From Leucoraja ocellata (taxonomy: Eukaryota), in assembly GCA_036785375.1 (NCBI GenBank), contig JAWMAR010000563.1, forward strand, positions 1,116,001-1,180,000: a stretch of 64,000 nt of DNA. Direction: 5' to 3'. This document shows positions 37,880-52,128 of the stretch, in pieces. The notes under the pieces are model-generated. The model was not told the DNA's origin. It made no database searches and saw only the letters and a list, made by a program, of their open reading frames with translations. Numbering within the stretch: position 1 is the stretch's first letter; every line of letters starts with the position of its first letter. Made by a program: the position numbers and the translations under genes.

Positions 37880-39310
37880 TCTTAAAGGAATGAGGGTAAC
37901 TTGATAAAGAATAAGGCTCCTCAGAAAAAAATGCAGTCATCCATGTGAGGAACTGCATGAGATGAGCAAAATCTCAATAAGTATTTCTCCCCTGTTTTTA
38001 CTGTGGAGAAAGATTTGAAGATGAGGGAGCTTGCAACAGGAAATGGAGATGTCTTGAGGACAGTCCGTATTATGGCCGAGAAGATGCTGGACATCCAAAG
38101 CATATGAAAGTAGATAATCCTCCCAGACCTGATCATATATATCTGAGGACACTGTGGGGAGCTAGATAAGAAATTGCAACCGCCCTTACTGAGAGATATG
38201 AATCATTGTTAGACATGGGTGAGCTGCCGGATGACTGGAGGTTGGCAAATGTTGTGCCTCTATTTAAGAAGGACTACAGAGCAAAACCTAGAAACTATAA
38301 ATCAGTGAGCCTACAATCAATCAATCAGATTTATTCATCACATATACAATAAAATGCAGTGAAATGAATTTGCCAGCAGCGGTACAATTAAAAAAGAACA
38401 CAATACACAATAAAAATTTAACACAAACATCCACCACAACATTCTTCACTATGAAGTACAGTCAGTCCTCCTCCATTTTTCCCCCGTGGTAGAGGCCATA
38501 ACCTCAGCAGTCGCCGCTGCGGGCGGCCAGATGTACAGTCCCTGTTGTCTGTATAAAACTTGACGACTTGAGACCCAAATAGGTGCTTCATTACTGGTGG
38601 TAGCGGCTTCAAGGTGCCGTAGGCCGCAGGCCGGCAGTCGGAGCTCTTCGCATCGAGGATCCCGCTCCCGATGGTAAGTTAGTCCGTAATTCCACGCTGC
38701 ACCCATGGCTAGAAGCTCCGCAGTCCACGGCTTCAAGATGTTCTCCTCCGGGGGTCCCCAACGGATTCTGGGCTCCCTCCTTGTGGTAGGTAAGTTTCTG
38801 GAGAGATAGGTTAAATATGCATTTGTAGAGACGGGCTGGTCAGCATGTACGTGGGAGATCATGCCTCACCAATCTGATAATTTTGGAAAAAGTAACCAAG
38901 AAGGGTGATGATGATAAGGTCATAGACATTGTACATATGGTCTTCAGCAAGGCCTTTGATAAGTTTCTGCATGGTAGGCTGTTCTCGATGAATTCATGGC
39001 ATTCATGGCATTCAGGGAGAATTAGCTGCCTAAACAATGAATTAGGTTCATGGAAGTAAGCATAGGTTGATAGTGGAAGGTTGCTTTTCACACAGGATGC
39101 CTGTGACTAGAGGTGACCCTCAATGACCAGTGCTGGGCCCATTGCTGATTGTGGTTGATATAAGCAACTTAGATGAAAATGTGCGGCATGATTAGAAACT
39201 TTGCACCTGACATTGACGAAGTTGATACCATAAACAGTGAACATAGTTATTCAAAGTTACAGCTGGATCTTGATCAACGAGACAAGTGGACTGAAGAATG
39301 GTTAATGGAC
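37880..39310 (+). mobile_element. Old degenerate CR1 RT fragments split by a GC-rich retroelement (38320-38780)
   Basis: DWRLANVVPLFKK, KAFDK and gtgctgggcccattgctg remnants. Confidence 0.65.
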
Positions 39311-41959
39311 CTTCCAGGCCTGACCTACTGACTGTTGCTGATGCCACCATCGGCCCACAAAGCTTCCAGGCCATGTTTGCTGCCAACCTTTACCTGTACT
39401 CTAGCTGCTCGTGGGCCCATTGACTCCGCCGAGCCTCGCCTCTTCACCGGCCACTAGCCGGCCAAAGACATCAACTCACATGGTTTGTAGGCCCAGTTTC
39501 CGGCCATTGGCCTCTACGCTGCTGGCCCCGGGGTCATTCCGCCTCCAACTTTCTTCTGATACAGAACAGTCATCCTTCAAAGCCTTATCTTTGTATCCCT
39601 ACGCCCCCACCTCAAAAAATACAGGGCTCACCATGATGTAGATCTCTTCTTCAGTTGCCCCCGCATCTGAGCCTTTTTCTATGGGAAGAAGTCCTCACCT
39701 CCCGGTGAAAACACAGTCCTCCATATCCAACATCCCCCCTCCTCTTTGACCCCCTGCGCCAGCATTCTACCCTCTCCCGACCTGCTTATTTCAAACTGCC
39801 GACATGACATATCTCTAAACTAAACTCTATTATGAACAAATGGTGATTCATTTCTAAGTCATGATGGATCCCAGGTCAGGTTCCCACACATCTGCTGACC
39901 TTGTTGTTCTTGTGCTTGAGATGTTGAGTTTGGAATGTTCTGATGGGCTAGACGACACGTATCTGCAGTATGTTTTGTCGCTGGTTAAAGCTTGTGGTGC
40001 CGTGAATAAATGAGGAAATGAAATTGAGCATTGTGCAATCAACAGCAGACATACTCACTTTTGACTTTATAATGGAAGGAAGGTCACTGAAGTTCCAGAT
40101 GTTGATTAGTCAGTACTCTACATTTTCCAGGCACCTAACATTGAGTTATCTTGATGGGTTATTTGGTATCTGCATAAGGAATGGGAACAGCTTCAAACAA
40201 TGTACTTGGTTGTCGTTAATAAATTTAATTAATAGAATCATAGAGTGATAGACTGATACAGTTTGGAAACAGGCCCTTCGGCCCAAGTCGTCCACAATGG
40301 CCAACAATGTCCTAGTTACACTGGTCCCACTTCCCTGCATTTGGTCCATATCCCTCCAAACCTGTCCTATCCATGTACCTATCTAACTGTTTCTTAAATG
40401 ATAGGATAGTCCCAGCCTCAACTACCTCCTCTGGCAGTTGTTCCATACACCCACCACCGTTTGTGTGAAAAATTTATCCCTCGGAACCCTATTAAATCTT
40501 TTCCCCTTCACCTTGAACCTATGACCTCTGGTCCTCGATTCCCCTACTTTGGGCAAAGTACTCTGTGCATTGAATAACAGTTGATTGCGTTACATTTCAA
40601 TGTGTGTGATCTTTCAGGAAACTTTCCAAGTCCATGTTCCATGTTCACCATAGTCCATCATAGTCACTTTGTGGTACCATTGGCTGGGCAGGTTGTCCCT
40701 TCTAGTAATCTTGATAAGGAATGTCAGGCCAAGTGTACAATGGCCAATTAATTCATAAAATCTGATTCAAGTCAACATCACCATTCTCATTGACATGCGA
40801 TTTACATACAGGCCATGCAGATTTTTTCCCCAATGGATCTCAACCCAAAACATCACCCATTCCTTCTATCTAGAGATGCTGCCTGTTCCTCTGAGCTACT
40901 ACAACATTTTGTGTCTATCTTCGGCTTAAACCAGCATCTACAGTTCCTTCGTATACATTAAAAATTCCTTGGACATGTTTAGCATGGTTTGAACTCATTG
41001 TTTGAAAGCAGAATTCATTAACATTGTCCAGTATGGAGTGTGAGTGTTTCTTGAAGTAAATGCCACAATTTGTTTGCTTTTCCTTGTGAAAGGCTGTGTT
41101 CGGTATTGGGTTTCCTGAATTCAATATCAGACTGACAGACAAAAAGCCTTGTTCTCACCATTAACTGTGGAGTAGCATGCAGTCTAGTTCAGGCTAGGCT
41201 GTGATGTCACCCAGTAAATGGAAATAGCTCTCAAACATACCATGTGAAAACTGATCTTCAAAGTTCGGTCGTGTGAGAAAGGTATTGTAGAGAGTGTGTC
41301 TCCTTACAGCTAAAGCTGAAGAAGAGGTCAGTGCATATATCAGGGAAATTGATAAAAACATTTTAAAATAACCTACGCCTTTCCAGAGAATCTTGTAACA
41401 AAAGGCCTGTTATCAATATATTATGAGAGGTGGCCGTTGATTGAATGGGATTGAATTGAATACTTTATTGTGACATGTGACAAGTCACTGTGAAATTATT
41501 TGCTTGCACACACAAAGCATGGAAATAGTTGCCCATAAAGGGCGCTTACAAAGTTACAAATTCCCGTCCCCCACGCCAGGCCCTCCTTTGTTCCACATGT
41601 CTGTTCTTGTCCATCGGTCAGCGCCAGCATCGACCGCCACACCGGCCTCTCCACTAACGCTGCCAGGTCCTCTCTAGACGCGTTCGTGGCACTGACCCAG
41701 GCCCCAGCTGCGGGTTCCATCCGCCCAGGCAAGAAGTAACTGCAAGCATTCTTTTGATTCAGTGTCAGCCGCAGAATATCGCCATTCTCAGTTAGAGAGC
41801 CATGGGTCAATATCCCACCAAAGAAACATCAGTGGAATCTAGTGCTATACAGGCGTTCTGCAAAGTTTGTAATGCAATTTTAGTACCACATGTTAAACCA
41901 AAATACTCCCAGGCCGGCACAATGGCACAACTGGCAGAGCTGCTCCCTCAGTGCTAGAC

Positions 41960-42451
41960 AATATTGTGAACAATTTTGGGCATGATATCTGAGGATGGAT
42001 GTGCTGGCTCTAGAGAGGGTCCAGAGGAGGTTTACAACAATGATCCCTGGAATGAGTGGGTTAACCTATCATGAACATTTGTTAGCACTGGGCCTGTACT
42101 CACTGGAGTTTAGAAGAATGAGGGGGGACCTCATTGAAACCTACAGAATAGTGAATGGCTTGGATAGAATGGATGTGGGAGAAACTAAGACTAGAGCCCA
42201 TAGCCTCAGAATTAAAGGACATTCTTTTAGGAAGATGAGGAGACATTTCTTAAGGCAGAGGGTGGTAAATCCATGGAATTCTTTTCCACAGAAGGCTGTG
42301 GATATTTTGAAGTCAGAGATAGATAGATTCTTGATTTGTAAAAGTGTCCGAGGTTATGGGAAGAAGGCAGGAGAATGGGCTGAGGAGGGAGAGATAGATC
42401 AGTTATGATTGAATGATGGAGTGGACCAGATGGGCCGAATGGCCTAATTCT
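41960..42451 (+). mobile_element. CR1 3' fragment, target of the L1 insertion
   Basis: ORF 41995-42408 (LERVQRRFT...RGDLIETY). Confidence 0.85.
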
Positions 42452-44428
42452 TTTTTTTTTTAATATTTTATTTTATTAGAAGTAAGTACAGTCATATGGC
42501 ACCAAAGTGCCTAATATATATTTTCATAATACATTTTATGTACAACTTTTTTTTTGTTACATTGAAAAAAGATTAGCATAAGAAAAAGAAGTTAGATAGT
42601 AAAGGATAGAAAGATGTGAAATATATAGTGTGTGAAGAAAGAAAACAAGTAAATGAAGAAAGTTGAGAGAGAAAATAGAGAAAAGAAAATAAAATAAAAA
42701 AGAAAAGGAGATCATTATTTATAATCTTGACCAACCCTCGTCCAGTCCTGAAACAGTTATTTTTTACAATTGTGTTGCACCATATGATTCCAAAAAAACA
42801 ACGAATGGAGACCAACTCGTTATGAATTGGTCTGATTTATCCATTAGGAGGAATCGCATTAGCTCAAGATGAGCAGTGTCCAACATACTTGCAATCCACA
42901 TTTTAAGCGTTGGTATTGATGTACTCTTTCAAAATTTAAGTATTAATTTTTTTGCTATTATTAAACCATAGTTAAGGAATAGATTTTGAGATGTTTTCAA
43001 TTTATTCCCATCTTCCATTACACCAAATATAATCATTTCAGTATTAGGTTCCATTCTTGTCTTGAATAATTTTGTAAATATTTCAAAAATATCATTCCAA
43101 AATCTATAAAGTTTTATGCAGGAAATTAAGGAGTGTGTTATAGTTGCCTTTTGGGCTAGACATTTATCACAAGTGGCAGATATATTTGGATAAAATGTTA
43201 TCAATCTTGTTTTTGAATATTTGTTCAAACTTGTTAATATAATCTATGTACAATTTTAAATTGAATTAGATGATGTCTTGCATTAATTGAACATTTGTGA
43301 ATATATATCAGGTATTTTTCCCATTTAACCTTCGTAATTTTCATCATTAGTTCCCGTTCCCACTCTTTTCTAAGTACCTCTGTCGATGGTAGGTCTATAT
43401 TTAGAATACTATGATATAAATATGATATTAATTTTTGTGAGTCAGCTTCAATATTCATTGCTTCTTCCAATAAGTCAGGAGTTACTTTTTGATATCCTTG
43501 TATATATTTTTTCACGAAATCGCAAATCTGAAGATATTTAAAATATTGTTTTTTTTTCAATTTAAATTTTAATTGTAGTTGTTGGAATGATAGTAGGTTT
43601 CCCATTTCGTACATAACCCCGATCCTTCTAATTCCGAGACTTTCCCATTGGTTATATGTCTTATCAATAAGAGATGGTTTAAATAAAGAATTATTCGCTA
43701 TTGGCATTAACAGTGATAGATTTCTTAATTTTAAAGATAATTTTATTTGTTTCCAAATTCTTATTGTACCATATATAATTGGGTTTTTCTTATATATTGT
43801 GTCATTCAGTTTTTTGGGGGAGAAGAGGATCGTTCCTATATTACAAGGATGGCAATCCTCCTTCTCCATTTTTATCCATTCTGTCTGTTGGGTAGAACTA
43901 TCCAACCAATAAATCATATTCTTAATATGCACTGCCCAGTAATAATACATAAAATTCGGAAGTGAAAGTCCCCCGACCTCTTTTGGTTTACATAAGTGTT
44001 TTTTTGTGATTCTATATGATCTATAGTCCCAAATATAATTAGTAATATTAGAGTCAAATTTAAAAAATATATATTTTGGTATATATACCGGTATAGACTG
44101 AAATAGGTATAGTAATTGTGGTAGGAAGATCATTTTTATTGCATTTATTCTACCTAATAATGATAAGGGAAGTGTTTTCCAAAATTTAATCAGCGTATTA
44201 AGTTTATTTAATAAAGGTACGAAATTAGCGTTGAATAATGCTTTATATTTTCTAGTAATCTGAATACCCAAATATTTAAATTTTTCTGTTGCGATTTTAA
44301 AGGGGAACTTCAATAAGTGTTCTTGAGCTTTTAATGTCATGATTTCACTTTTATTCCAGTTTATTCTATATCCAGAAAAAGACCCAAATTCCTCTATTAA
44401 GTTTAATAAATTTGGTATGCTTGTTTGT
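42452..44428 (-). mobile_element. L1-clade LINE, 5'-truncated, with poly(A) and 19-bp TSD
   Basis: FKYLGIQI, GRINAIKMIFLPQLLYLFQ, GGLSLPNF, CDKC..THSLISC; T-run 42451-42461; GGCCGAATGGCCTAATTCT at 42433-42451 and 44429-44447. Confidence 0.92.
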
Positions 44429-45489
44429 GGCCGAATGGCCTAATTCTACACCCATTCTTTATGACCTGGCCTTGATCCTGGCCTCAAATACTGTCCGTGT
44501 GGAGTTTGCACCTTCCTACTGTGTGTGCGCTGGCTTCCTCCAGATGCTCCAGATTCAAAATGTGTTGCAAAAATGTGAATACACTGAACTGGTGTGAACG
44601 GGTAGTCAATGACTAGTGTGGATTTGGGGGGCTGAATGGCCTGATTCAATGCAATATACATTTCAAATAATCAATACCAGCCCTCTAAAAAATAATCCCA
44701 AAAGGTTATATAACGAACACAGGTTAATCCTAGAATCCTCATTCATATTTATCTTGCAGTTGATACCACCGAAGGACACAGATCATCTGTCGCTCATCAC
44801 ATTTCCCTTTGAATGAAAATTGAAAGCAGTGTTTGAGAGTGTCAGCTGTGAATGAGGACAGGTTGGACAAACTTTGCTCTTGTGGAGTCGGAATATGAGG
44901 GGGACACACACACCTGATGGAAGTGTATATAATTATGAGAGACAGAGAGTAGAGAGGAGTAAATCTTAAAGGATTTTTTACACAGAGAGTGGTGGGTGCT
45001 TGGAGCGTGATCTCAGGGGAAGTAGTGGAACCAGATATGATAGCAATGTTTAAAGGCATTTAAACAGGCATATATGCCGTACTGCTCTATGTTTTATATT
45101 AACTAATACATTGATTTTGACTGTCGTGCCACTCAGTGGCTCTTATATTGAATTATTTATTTTTTAAAAATCTATTTATACTGTGTTTATGGGCCTATTA
45201 GGCTGCTGCATGTAATAATGTAATTGTTCTGCTGTTGGAACATTTAATTAGACATTTATTTAAAGAAGCTTAACTCTCTTGTCTCTCTTGGGTCCTGACA
45301 CGTGAACAGAGAGGAAATGAAGGGGTGTGTGGAAAGGAACAGCAGATGCTGGTTTAAACTAAAGGTAGATACAAAAAGCTGGAGTAACTCAGCGGGAAAG
45401 GCAGCATCTTTGGAGAGAAGGATCGTGTGATGTTTTGGGTCGAGACCCTTCATCAGACTGGATAGAGCATGTGCAGGAAGGTGGGATTA

Positions 45490-46608
45490 GTTTGTAATGG
45501 CAACATGGCAACTCGCAGAACTGGGTCTCTGCGCATCCCTCTGCAACGTGATCCTCGACTTCCTCATCCACAGACCTCTGTTCGTATTGGTGGAAATGTG
45601 TCAGCCTCGATAACAATCAGCACGGGAGCACCTCAAGGCTGCGTGCTCAGCCCCCTGCTGTACTCACTCTATACCCATGACTGCGTAGCGAACCACAGTG
45701 CGAACTCCATCATCAAGTTCGCTGACGACACCACTATTGTGGGGCGTATCACTGATGGGGATGAGCCAGAGTACAGAAGAGAGATCGAGCAACTGTCCAC
45801 ATGGTGCCAGCACAATAACCTGGCCCTCAACACCAGCAAAACCAAGGAACTGATTGTGGACTTTGGAAGGAGTAGGAGGGGGACCCACAGCCCCATTTCT
45901 ATCAACGGGTCGATGGTTGAAAGGGTCAAGAACTTCAAATTCCTGGGCGTGCACATCTCTAAAGATCTTTCCTGGTCCGAGAACACTAACGCAATTATCA
46001 AAAAAGCTCATCAGCACCTCTACTTCCTGAGAAGATTACGGAGAGTCGGATTGTCAAGGAAGACTCTCTAACTTCTACAGGTGCACAGTAGAGAGCATGC
46101 TGACCGGTTGCATCGTGGCTTGGTTTAGCAATTTGAGCGCCCTGAGAGGAAAAGACTACAAAAAGTAGTAAACACTGCCCAGTCCATCATCGGCTCTGAC
46201 CTTCCTTCCATCGAGGGGGTTTATCGCAGTCGCTGCCTCAAAAAGGCTGGCAGTATCATCAAAGACCCACACCATCCTGGCCACACACTCATCTCCCTGC
46301 TACCTTCAGGTAGAAGGTACAGGAGCCTGAAGACTGCAACAACCAGGTTCAGGAATAGCTACTTCCCCACAGCCATTAGGCTATTAAACCTGACTCGGAC
46401 AAAACTCTGATTATTAATAACCACTTTCTGTTATTTGCACTTTACCAGTTTATTTATTCATGTGTGTATATATTTATATCATGGTATATGGACACATTTA
46501 TCTGTTTTGTAGTAAATGCTTACTATTTTCTGTGTGCTTAAGCAAAGCAAGAATTTCATTGTCCTATACAGGGACACATGACAATAAACTCACTTGAACT
46601 TGAACTTG
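45490..46608 (+). mobile_element. Rex1/Babar-clade LINE, 5'-truncated
   Basis: STGAPQGCVLSPLLYSLYTHDC, IIKFADDT, LNTSKTKELIVDF; tgacaataaa plus (cttgaa)n tail. Confidence 0.92.
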
Positions 46609-46783
46609 TCCAGTACTGATGTTGTGATGCTCGGACTTGTCCCTGTGTCATCCTGCTCAATGTTCTTTGTTTATTTATTCAATAGTGTTTACATTTCAAG
46701 AAATACTCAGTGGTTCTAAATGTTTTTGAAATGTTGTGAAAGGTTTTGCAAGAATGAATCTATATATTTTACTTTTTTCCCAG

Positions 46784-46907
46784 TTTTTCATATTCTGATT
46801 TACATCGTAAAGAATCTCATTGCGTACGCACACAGAAACCAACCAAACAATATCATACTTCAAAGCCAGAGTTTATGTTCCGCTTGAACCTGCAAACATC
46901 CTTGTTG
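46784..46907 (+). other. Orphan candidate exon (open in phase 2-0)
   Basis: Strong acceptor ttttacttttttcccag and donor G|gtaagt; one open frame, FSYSDLHRKESHCVRTQKPTKQYHTSKPEFMFRLNLQTSLL. Confidence 0.35.
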
Positions 46908-46920
46908 GTAAGTATCCTTG

Positions 46921-48040
46921 TTTAGTAAGGCCTTTGACAAGGTTCCTCATGGAAGGTTGGTTAAGAAGGTTCAACTGTTGGGTATAAATGCAGGAATAGC
47001 AAGATGGATTCAACAGTGGCTGAATGGGAGAAGCCAGAGGGTAATGGTGGATGGCTGTTTATCGGGTTGGAGGCAGGTGACTTGTGGGGTGCCTCAGGGA
47101 TCTGTGTTGGGTCCTTTGTTGTTTGTCATGTACATCAATGATCTGGATGAAGGTGTGGTAAATTGGATTAGTAAGTATGCAGATGATACCAAGATAGGGG
47201 GTGTTGTGGATAATGAAGAGGATTTCCAAAGTCTACAGAGTGATTTAGGCCATTTGGAAAAATGGGCTGAAAGATGGCAGATGGAGTTTAATGCTGATAA
47301 ATGTGAGGTGCTACACCTTGGCAGGACAAATCAAAATAGGACGTACATGGTAAATGGTAGGGAATTGAAGAATACAGTTGAACAGAGGGATCTGGGTATA
47401 ACCGTGCATAGTTCCTTGAAGGTGGAGTATAGAAGCTGGGATGTAATGTTAAAATTGTACAAGGCATTGGTGAGACCAAATCTGGAGTATGGTGTACAAT
47501 TTTGGTCGCCCAATTATAGGAAGGATGTCAACAAAATAGAGAGAGTACAGAGGAGATTTACTAGAATGTTGCCTGGGTTTCAACAACTAAGTTACAGAGA
47601 TAGGTTGAATAAGTTAGGTCTTTATTCTCTGGAGCGCAGAAGGTTAAGGGGGGGACTTGATAGAGGTCTTTAAAATGATGAGAGGGATAGACAGTTGATG
47701 TGGACAAGCTTTTCCCTTTGAGAATTGGGAAGATTCAAACAAGAGGACATGACTTCAGAATTAAGGGACAGAAGTTTAGGGGTAATATGAGGGGGAACTT
47801 CTTTACTCAGAGAGTGGTAGCGGTGTGGAATGAGCTTCCAGTGGAAGTGGTGGAGGCAGGTTCATTGGTATCATTTAAAAATAAATTGGATAGGCATATG
47901 GATGAGAAGGGAATGGAAGGTTATGGTATGAGTGCAGGCAGGTGGGACTAAGGGAAAATAATTGTTCGGCACGGACTTGTAGGGCCGAGATGGCCTATTT
48001 CCGTGCAGTAATTGTTATATGGTTATATGGTTATATGGTA
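46921..48040 (+). mobile_element. CR1 family A, 5'-truncated, with 66-bp internal deletion
   Basis: Nearly identical to 52980-54162 but lacks SHIDRVVKKAFGMLAFINQSIE. Confidence 0.95.
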
Positions 48041-48628
48041 TAACTTTATCAGTGTAACCATTTGTTGGCTTGTTACTTATTTGTTTATCAAGGCAGCTTG
48101 TTGTTAAGTAAAGGTGTTATATTTACCTCAGCTACTCACTATGTAGCAGATCCCCCCCTTGTCAAACTTTTCAGAGTTTCCCTTCTTTATCTCTGTTTGC
48201 TTTGTTGCTACCTTTTCCTTGATCTCCATTCCCTTTGTCCTGTTTTCACATCTTACACACCCTTATCTATACACTTCCTTATCTATCGACCTCCCATTCC
48301 CCTGACATCAGTCCGAAGAAGGGTCTCGACCCAAAACGTCACCCATTCCTTCACTTCAGAGATGCTGCCTGTCCCGACAAGTTACCCCAGCATTTTATGT
48401 CTATGTTCTGATTGGATCTTTTGTTGTTTCCTTGCATTCTTATTTTGTTTTTTTGTTATCCGTGTCATTAAAGTTGTTGGCGTTGCCTGTACTGGATCTC
48501 ACCCCTGGCCCAAGACGAGCAACAAAACACACAATGACATAAAAGTTAACATAAACATCCACCACAGCAGATTCCACATTCCTCACTGTGATGGAAGGCA
48601 AAAAAGTCCAATCTTCTTTCATTTTATT

Positions 48629-49011
48629 CTCCCGTGGTCGGGGCAGTCGAACCATCGTCGGGGTGATCGAAGCTCACGCAGCGGGCAGTTGAAGCACCTA
48701 TGTCGGGGTGGTCGAAGCACCTGCGGCTTGGAGCTCCCGAGGTCGGTCTCTGACCAGAGACTGCGAGCTCCGTGATGTTAAGTCTGCAAGCACCAACGGT
48801 TGGATCTCGAGGTCGACTCCTGGCAAAGGGATCGTGAGCTCCGTGATGTTAAGTTCACAAGCACCCACAGTAGAACTCACAAAAGACGGTCTCCACCAAA
48901 GGCTGCCAACTCCTGGATGTTAGGCCGCAGTGCGGACCGAGATACGATACAGAAAAAAATCGCATCTCCATCGAGGTAAGATATTAGAAAACGATTCCCC
49001 CAACCCCATCC

Positions 49012-49043
<32 letters not shown>

Positions 49044-49485
49044 CCCCCTCATCCCCACCCCACATAAAACAAGCTAAAGAACACTAAAAACATACATTTC
49101 ACACCGGGCTCGGCAACCTTGTTCTGCATAGGAGCCAGGACCCATGTCTGTGAGTGGATGGCGGGCCACATCTATCACCATATTTAATAATTAATTAATT
49201 ATAGTTTTTAAAAAATCGCAACTAAAATGTAACAAAAATACAGGGATAGTATCAAAACAAAAGATGAAGCGTACAAATTAGCCAGAAAAAGCAGCCTACC
49301 AGAGGACTGGGATAAATTCAGTCCAGCAGAGGAGGACAAAGGGCTTAATTAGGAAAGGGAAAATAGATTATGAAAGAAAACTGGCAGGGAACATAAAAAC
49401 TGACTGCAAAAGTTTTTATAGATATGTTAAGAGAAAAAGATTAGTTAAAACAAATGTAGGTCCCTTGCAGTCAGAAATAGGTGAA
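48629..49485 (+). repeat. Segmental duplicate, copy 1 (paralog at 63164-64000)
   Basis: Same nested retroelement / hAT end / CR1 junctions as 63164-64000. Confidence 0.92.
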
Positions 49486-51582
49486 TTGATCATGGGGAAC
49501 AAGGACATGGCAGACCAACTGAATAACTACTTTGGTTCTGCCTTCAAAAGGAAGATATAAATAAACTGCCGGAAATAGCAGGGGACCTGGGGTCAAATGA
49601 GATGGAGGAACTGAGTGAAATCCAGGTTAGCCGGGAAGGGGTGTTAGGTAAATTGAATGGATTAAAGGCCGATAAATCCACAGGGCCAGATAGGCTGCAT
49701 CCCAGAGTACTTAAGGTAGTAGCCCCAGAAATAGTGGATGCATTAGTGATAATATTTCAAAACTCTGGGTAGTTTCTGAGGATTGGAGGGTAGCTAATGT
49801 AACCCCACTTTTTAAAAAGGGAGAGAAAACAGGGAATCACAGGCCAGTTAGTCTAACATCAGTAGTGGGGAAACTGCTAGAGTCAGTTATTAAAGATGGG
49901 ATAGCAGCACATTTGGAAAGTGGTGAAATCATTGGACAAAGTCAGCATGGATTTATGAAAGGTAAATCATGTCTGACGAATCTTATAGAATGTTTCGAGG
50001 ATGTAACTAGTAGAGTGGATAATGGAGAACCAGTGGATGTGTTATATCTGGACTTCCAGAAGGCTTTCGACAAGGTCCCACATAAGAGATCAGTATACAA
50101 ACTTAAAGCACACGGTATTGGGAGTTCAGTATTGATGTGGATAGAGAACTGGCTGGAAAACAGGAAGCAAAGAGTATGAGTAAACAGGTCCTTTTCACAA
50201 TGGCAGGCAGTGACTAGTGGGGTACCGCAAGGCTCAGTGCTGGAACCCCAGCTATTTATGATATATATTTATGATTTGGATGAGGGAATTTAATGCAACA
50301 TCTCCAAGTTTGCGGATAACATGAAGCTGGGGGGCAGTGTTAGCTGTGAGGAGGTTGCTAGGAGGCTGCAAGGTGACTTGGATAGGCTGGGTGAGTGGGC
50401 AAATGCATGGCAGATGCAGTTTTGGTGGCAAAAACAGGAAAGTAGACTATTATCTGAATGGTAGCCGATTAGGAAAAGGGGGGATGCAACGAGACCTGGG
50501 TGTCATGGTACACCCGTCATTGAAAGTAGGGATGCAGGTGCAGCAGGGAGTGAAGAAAGCGAATGATATGTTAGCATTCATAGCAAAAGGATTTGAGTAA
50601 AGGAGCAGGGAGATTCTACTGCAGTTGTACAGGGTCTTGGTGAGACCACACCTGGAGTATTGCATACACATTCTTGCCATAGAGGGAGTACCGAGAAGGT
50701 TCACCAGACTGATTCCTGGGATGTCAGGACTTTCATATGAAGGAAGACTGGATAGACTCGGCTTGTACTCGCTAGAATTTAGAAGATTGAGGGGGGATCT
50801 TATGGAAACTTACAAAAATTTTAAGGGGTTGGACAGGCTAGATGCAGGAAGATTGTTCCCGATGTTGGGGAAGACCAGAACAAAGGGTCACAGTTTAAGG
50901 ATAAGGGGGAAATCTTTTAGGACCAAGATGCAAAAAACTTTTTTCTCACAGTGAGTGGTGAATCTGTGGAATTCTCTGCCACAGAAGGTAATTGAGGCCA
51001 GTTCATTGGCTATATTTAAGAGGGACTTAGATGTGGCCCTTGTGGCTAAAGGAATCAGGGGGTATGGAGAGAAGGCAGGTACATGATACCGAGTTGGATG
51101 ATCAGCCATGATCATATTGAATGGCGGTGCAGGCTCGAAGGGCCGAATGTCCTACTCCTGCACCTATTTTCTATGTTTCTATGTCTCTAATTACACCCGC
51201 GACAATCTACAACTGTTGCCAGAGCGGAATTCCTCACTGGCCCCGCTGATGCTTCCTTTACCTCCGCTGGGCTCCCGTGGAAACCGGCCAGCACACCCTC
51301 GTCAAAGCTGCTCTCAGCCCGCTGCAGTTTCACACACATGCAGCAGCATCGAGTTGGGGGGGGGGCTTTCACTCCAGGTTGTCGGGAGCATGGAAGAGGG
51401 GGTGGGAGGGTAGGGTCGGAGCGAGAGAGTGTCGACTGGTGTTGTGATATGGAATTGGCTGTGTGTGTGTGTGTGAATTATTCTGGGAAAAGTATTGTGT
51501 GCGCTTTGTGTTACGCCTGCGGGCTGGATGATTGCGGCTTACAGGCTGGATCCGCCCGTGGGCCGTAGGTTGCCGACCGCTG
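49104..51582. mobile_element. hAT-type non-autonomous element split by a CR1 insertion
   Basis: TIRs CCGGGCTCGGCAACC / GGTTGCCGACCGCTG; 8-bp TSD ATTTCACA (49096-49103) / ATTTAACA (51583-51590). Confidence 0.75.
49180..51187 (+). mobile_element. CR1 family B, degenerate, nested in the hAT element
   Basis: ORFs 49865-50179, 50337-50600 and 50625-50954; ttctatgt tail. Confidence 0.92.
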
Positions 51583-52128
51583 ATTTAACACGTACTATTA
51601 AAACACAAAGAAGGAAGGGACAGACAGACTGTTGGTGAGGCAGCCATTGCTGGTGCCACCCAGTAGTCGGGTTGGTTAGTAAGTTTGCAAGCGCCACCAA
51701 AATTGATGGAGTTACGAACAGTGAAGAAGGCTGCCATAGTGTACAATGGGAAATACATCAGCTACAGACATGGGCACAAAATTGCAAATTGAGTTTATTT
51801 TGAGCAAGTATGAGGTGTTACACTTTGAGTGGTCGAATGTAAAGGAAAAGTATACAGATATTGGCAAGACCATTAACAGTATTAATCTACAGAGAGATTT
51901 TGGGGTTGAAAATTGGGTTACTAGAGCAAATGAGTCAGGAAGTCATAACACAGTTCATAGGGCTTTGGGTAGTCCACATATGGTGTAATGTGTGCATTTT
52001 TTGTTGACCCGTTACATAAAGGATGTACAGGCATTAGAAAGGGTGCAGAGGATTACAAGAATGATGCCTCGACTAAGGTGTGTTGGCTACATGAAACAGA
52101 TGGATAGACATGGATTGCTTCGGCTAGC

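Noticed and set aside
49011-49042. Long poly(C) run that differs in length from its paralog at about 63545
   Set aside because: Homopolymer length is unreliable in assemblies; not interpretable.
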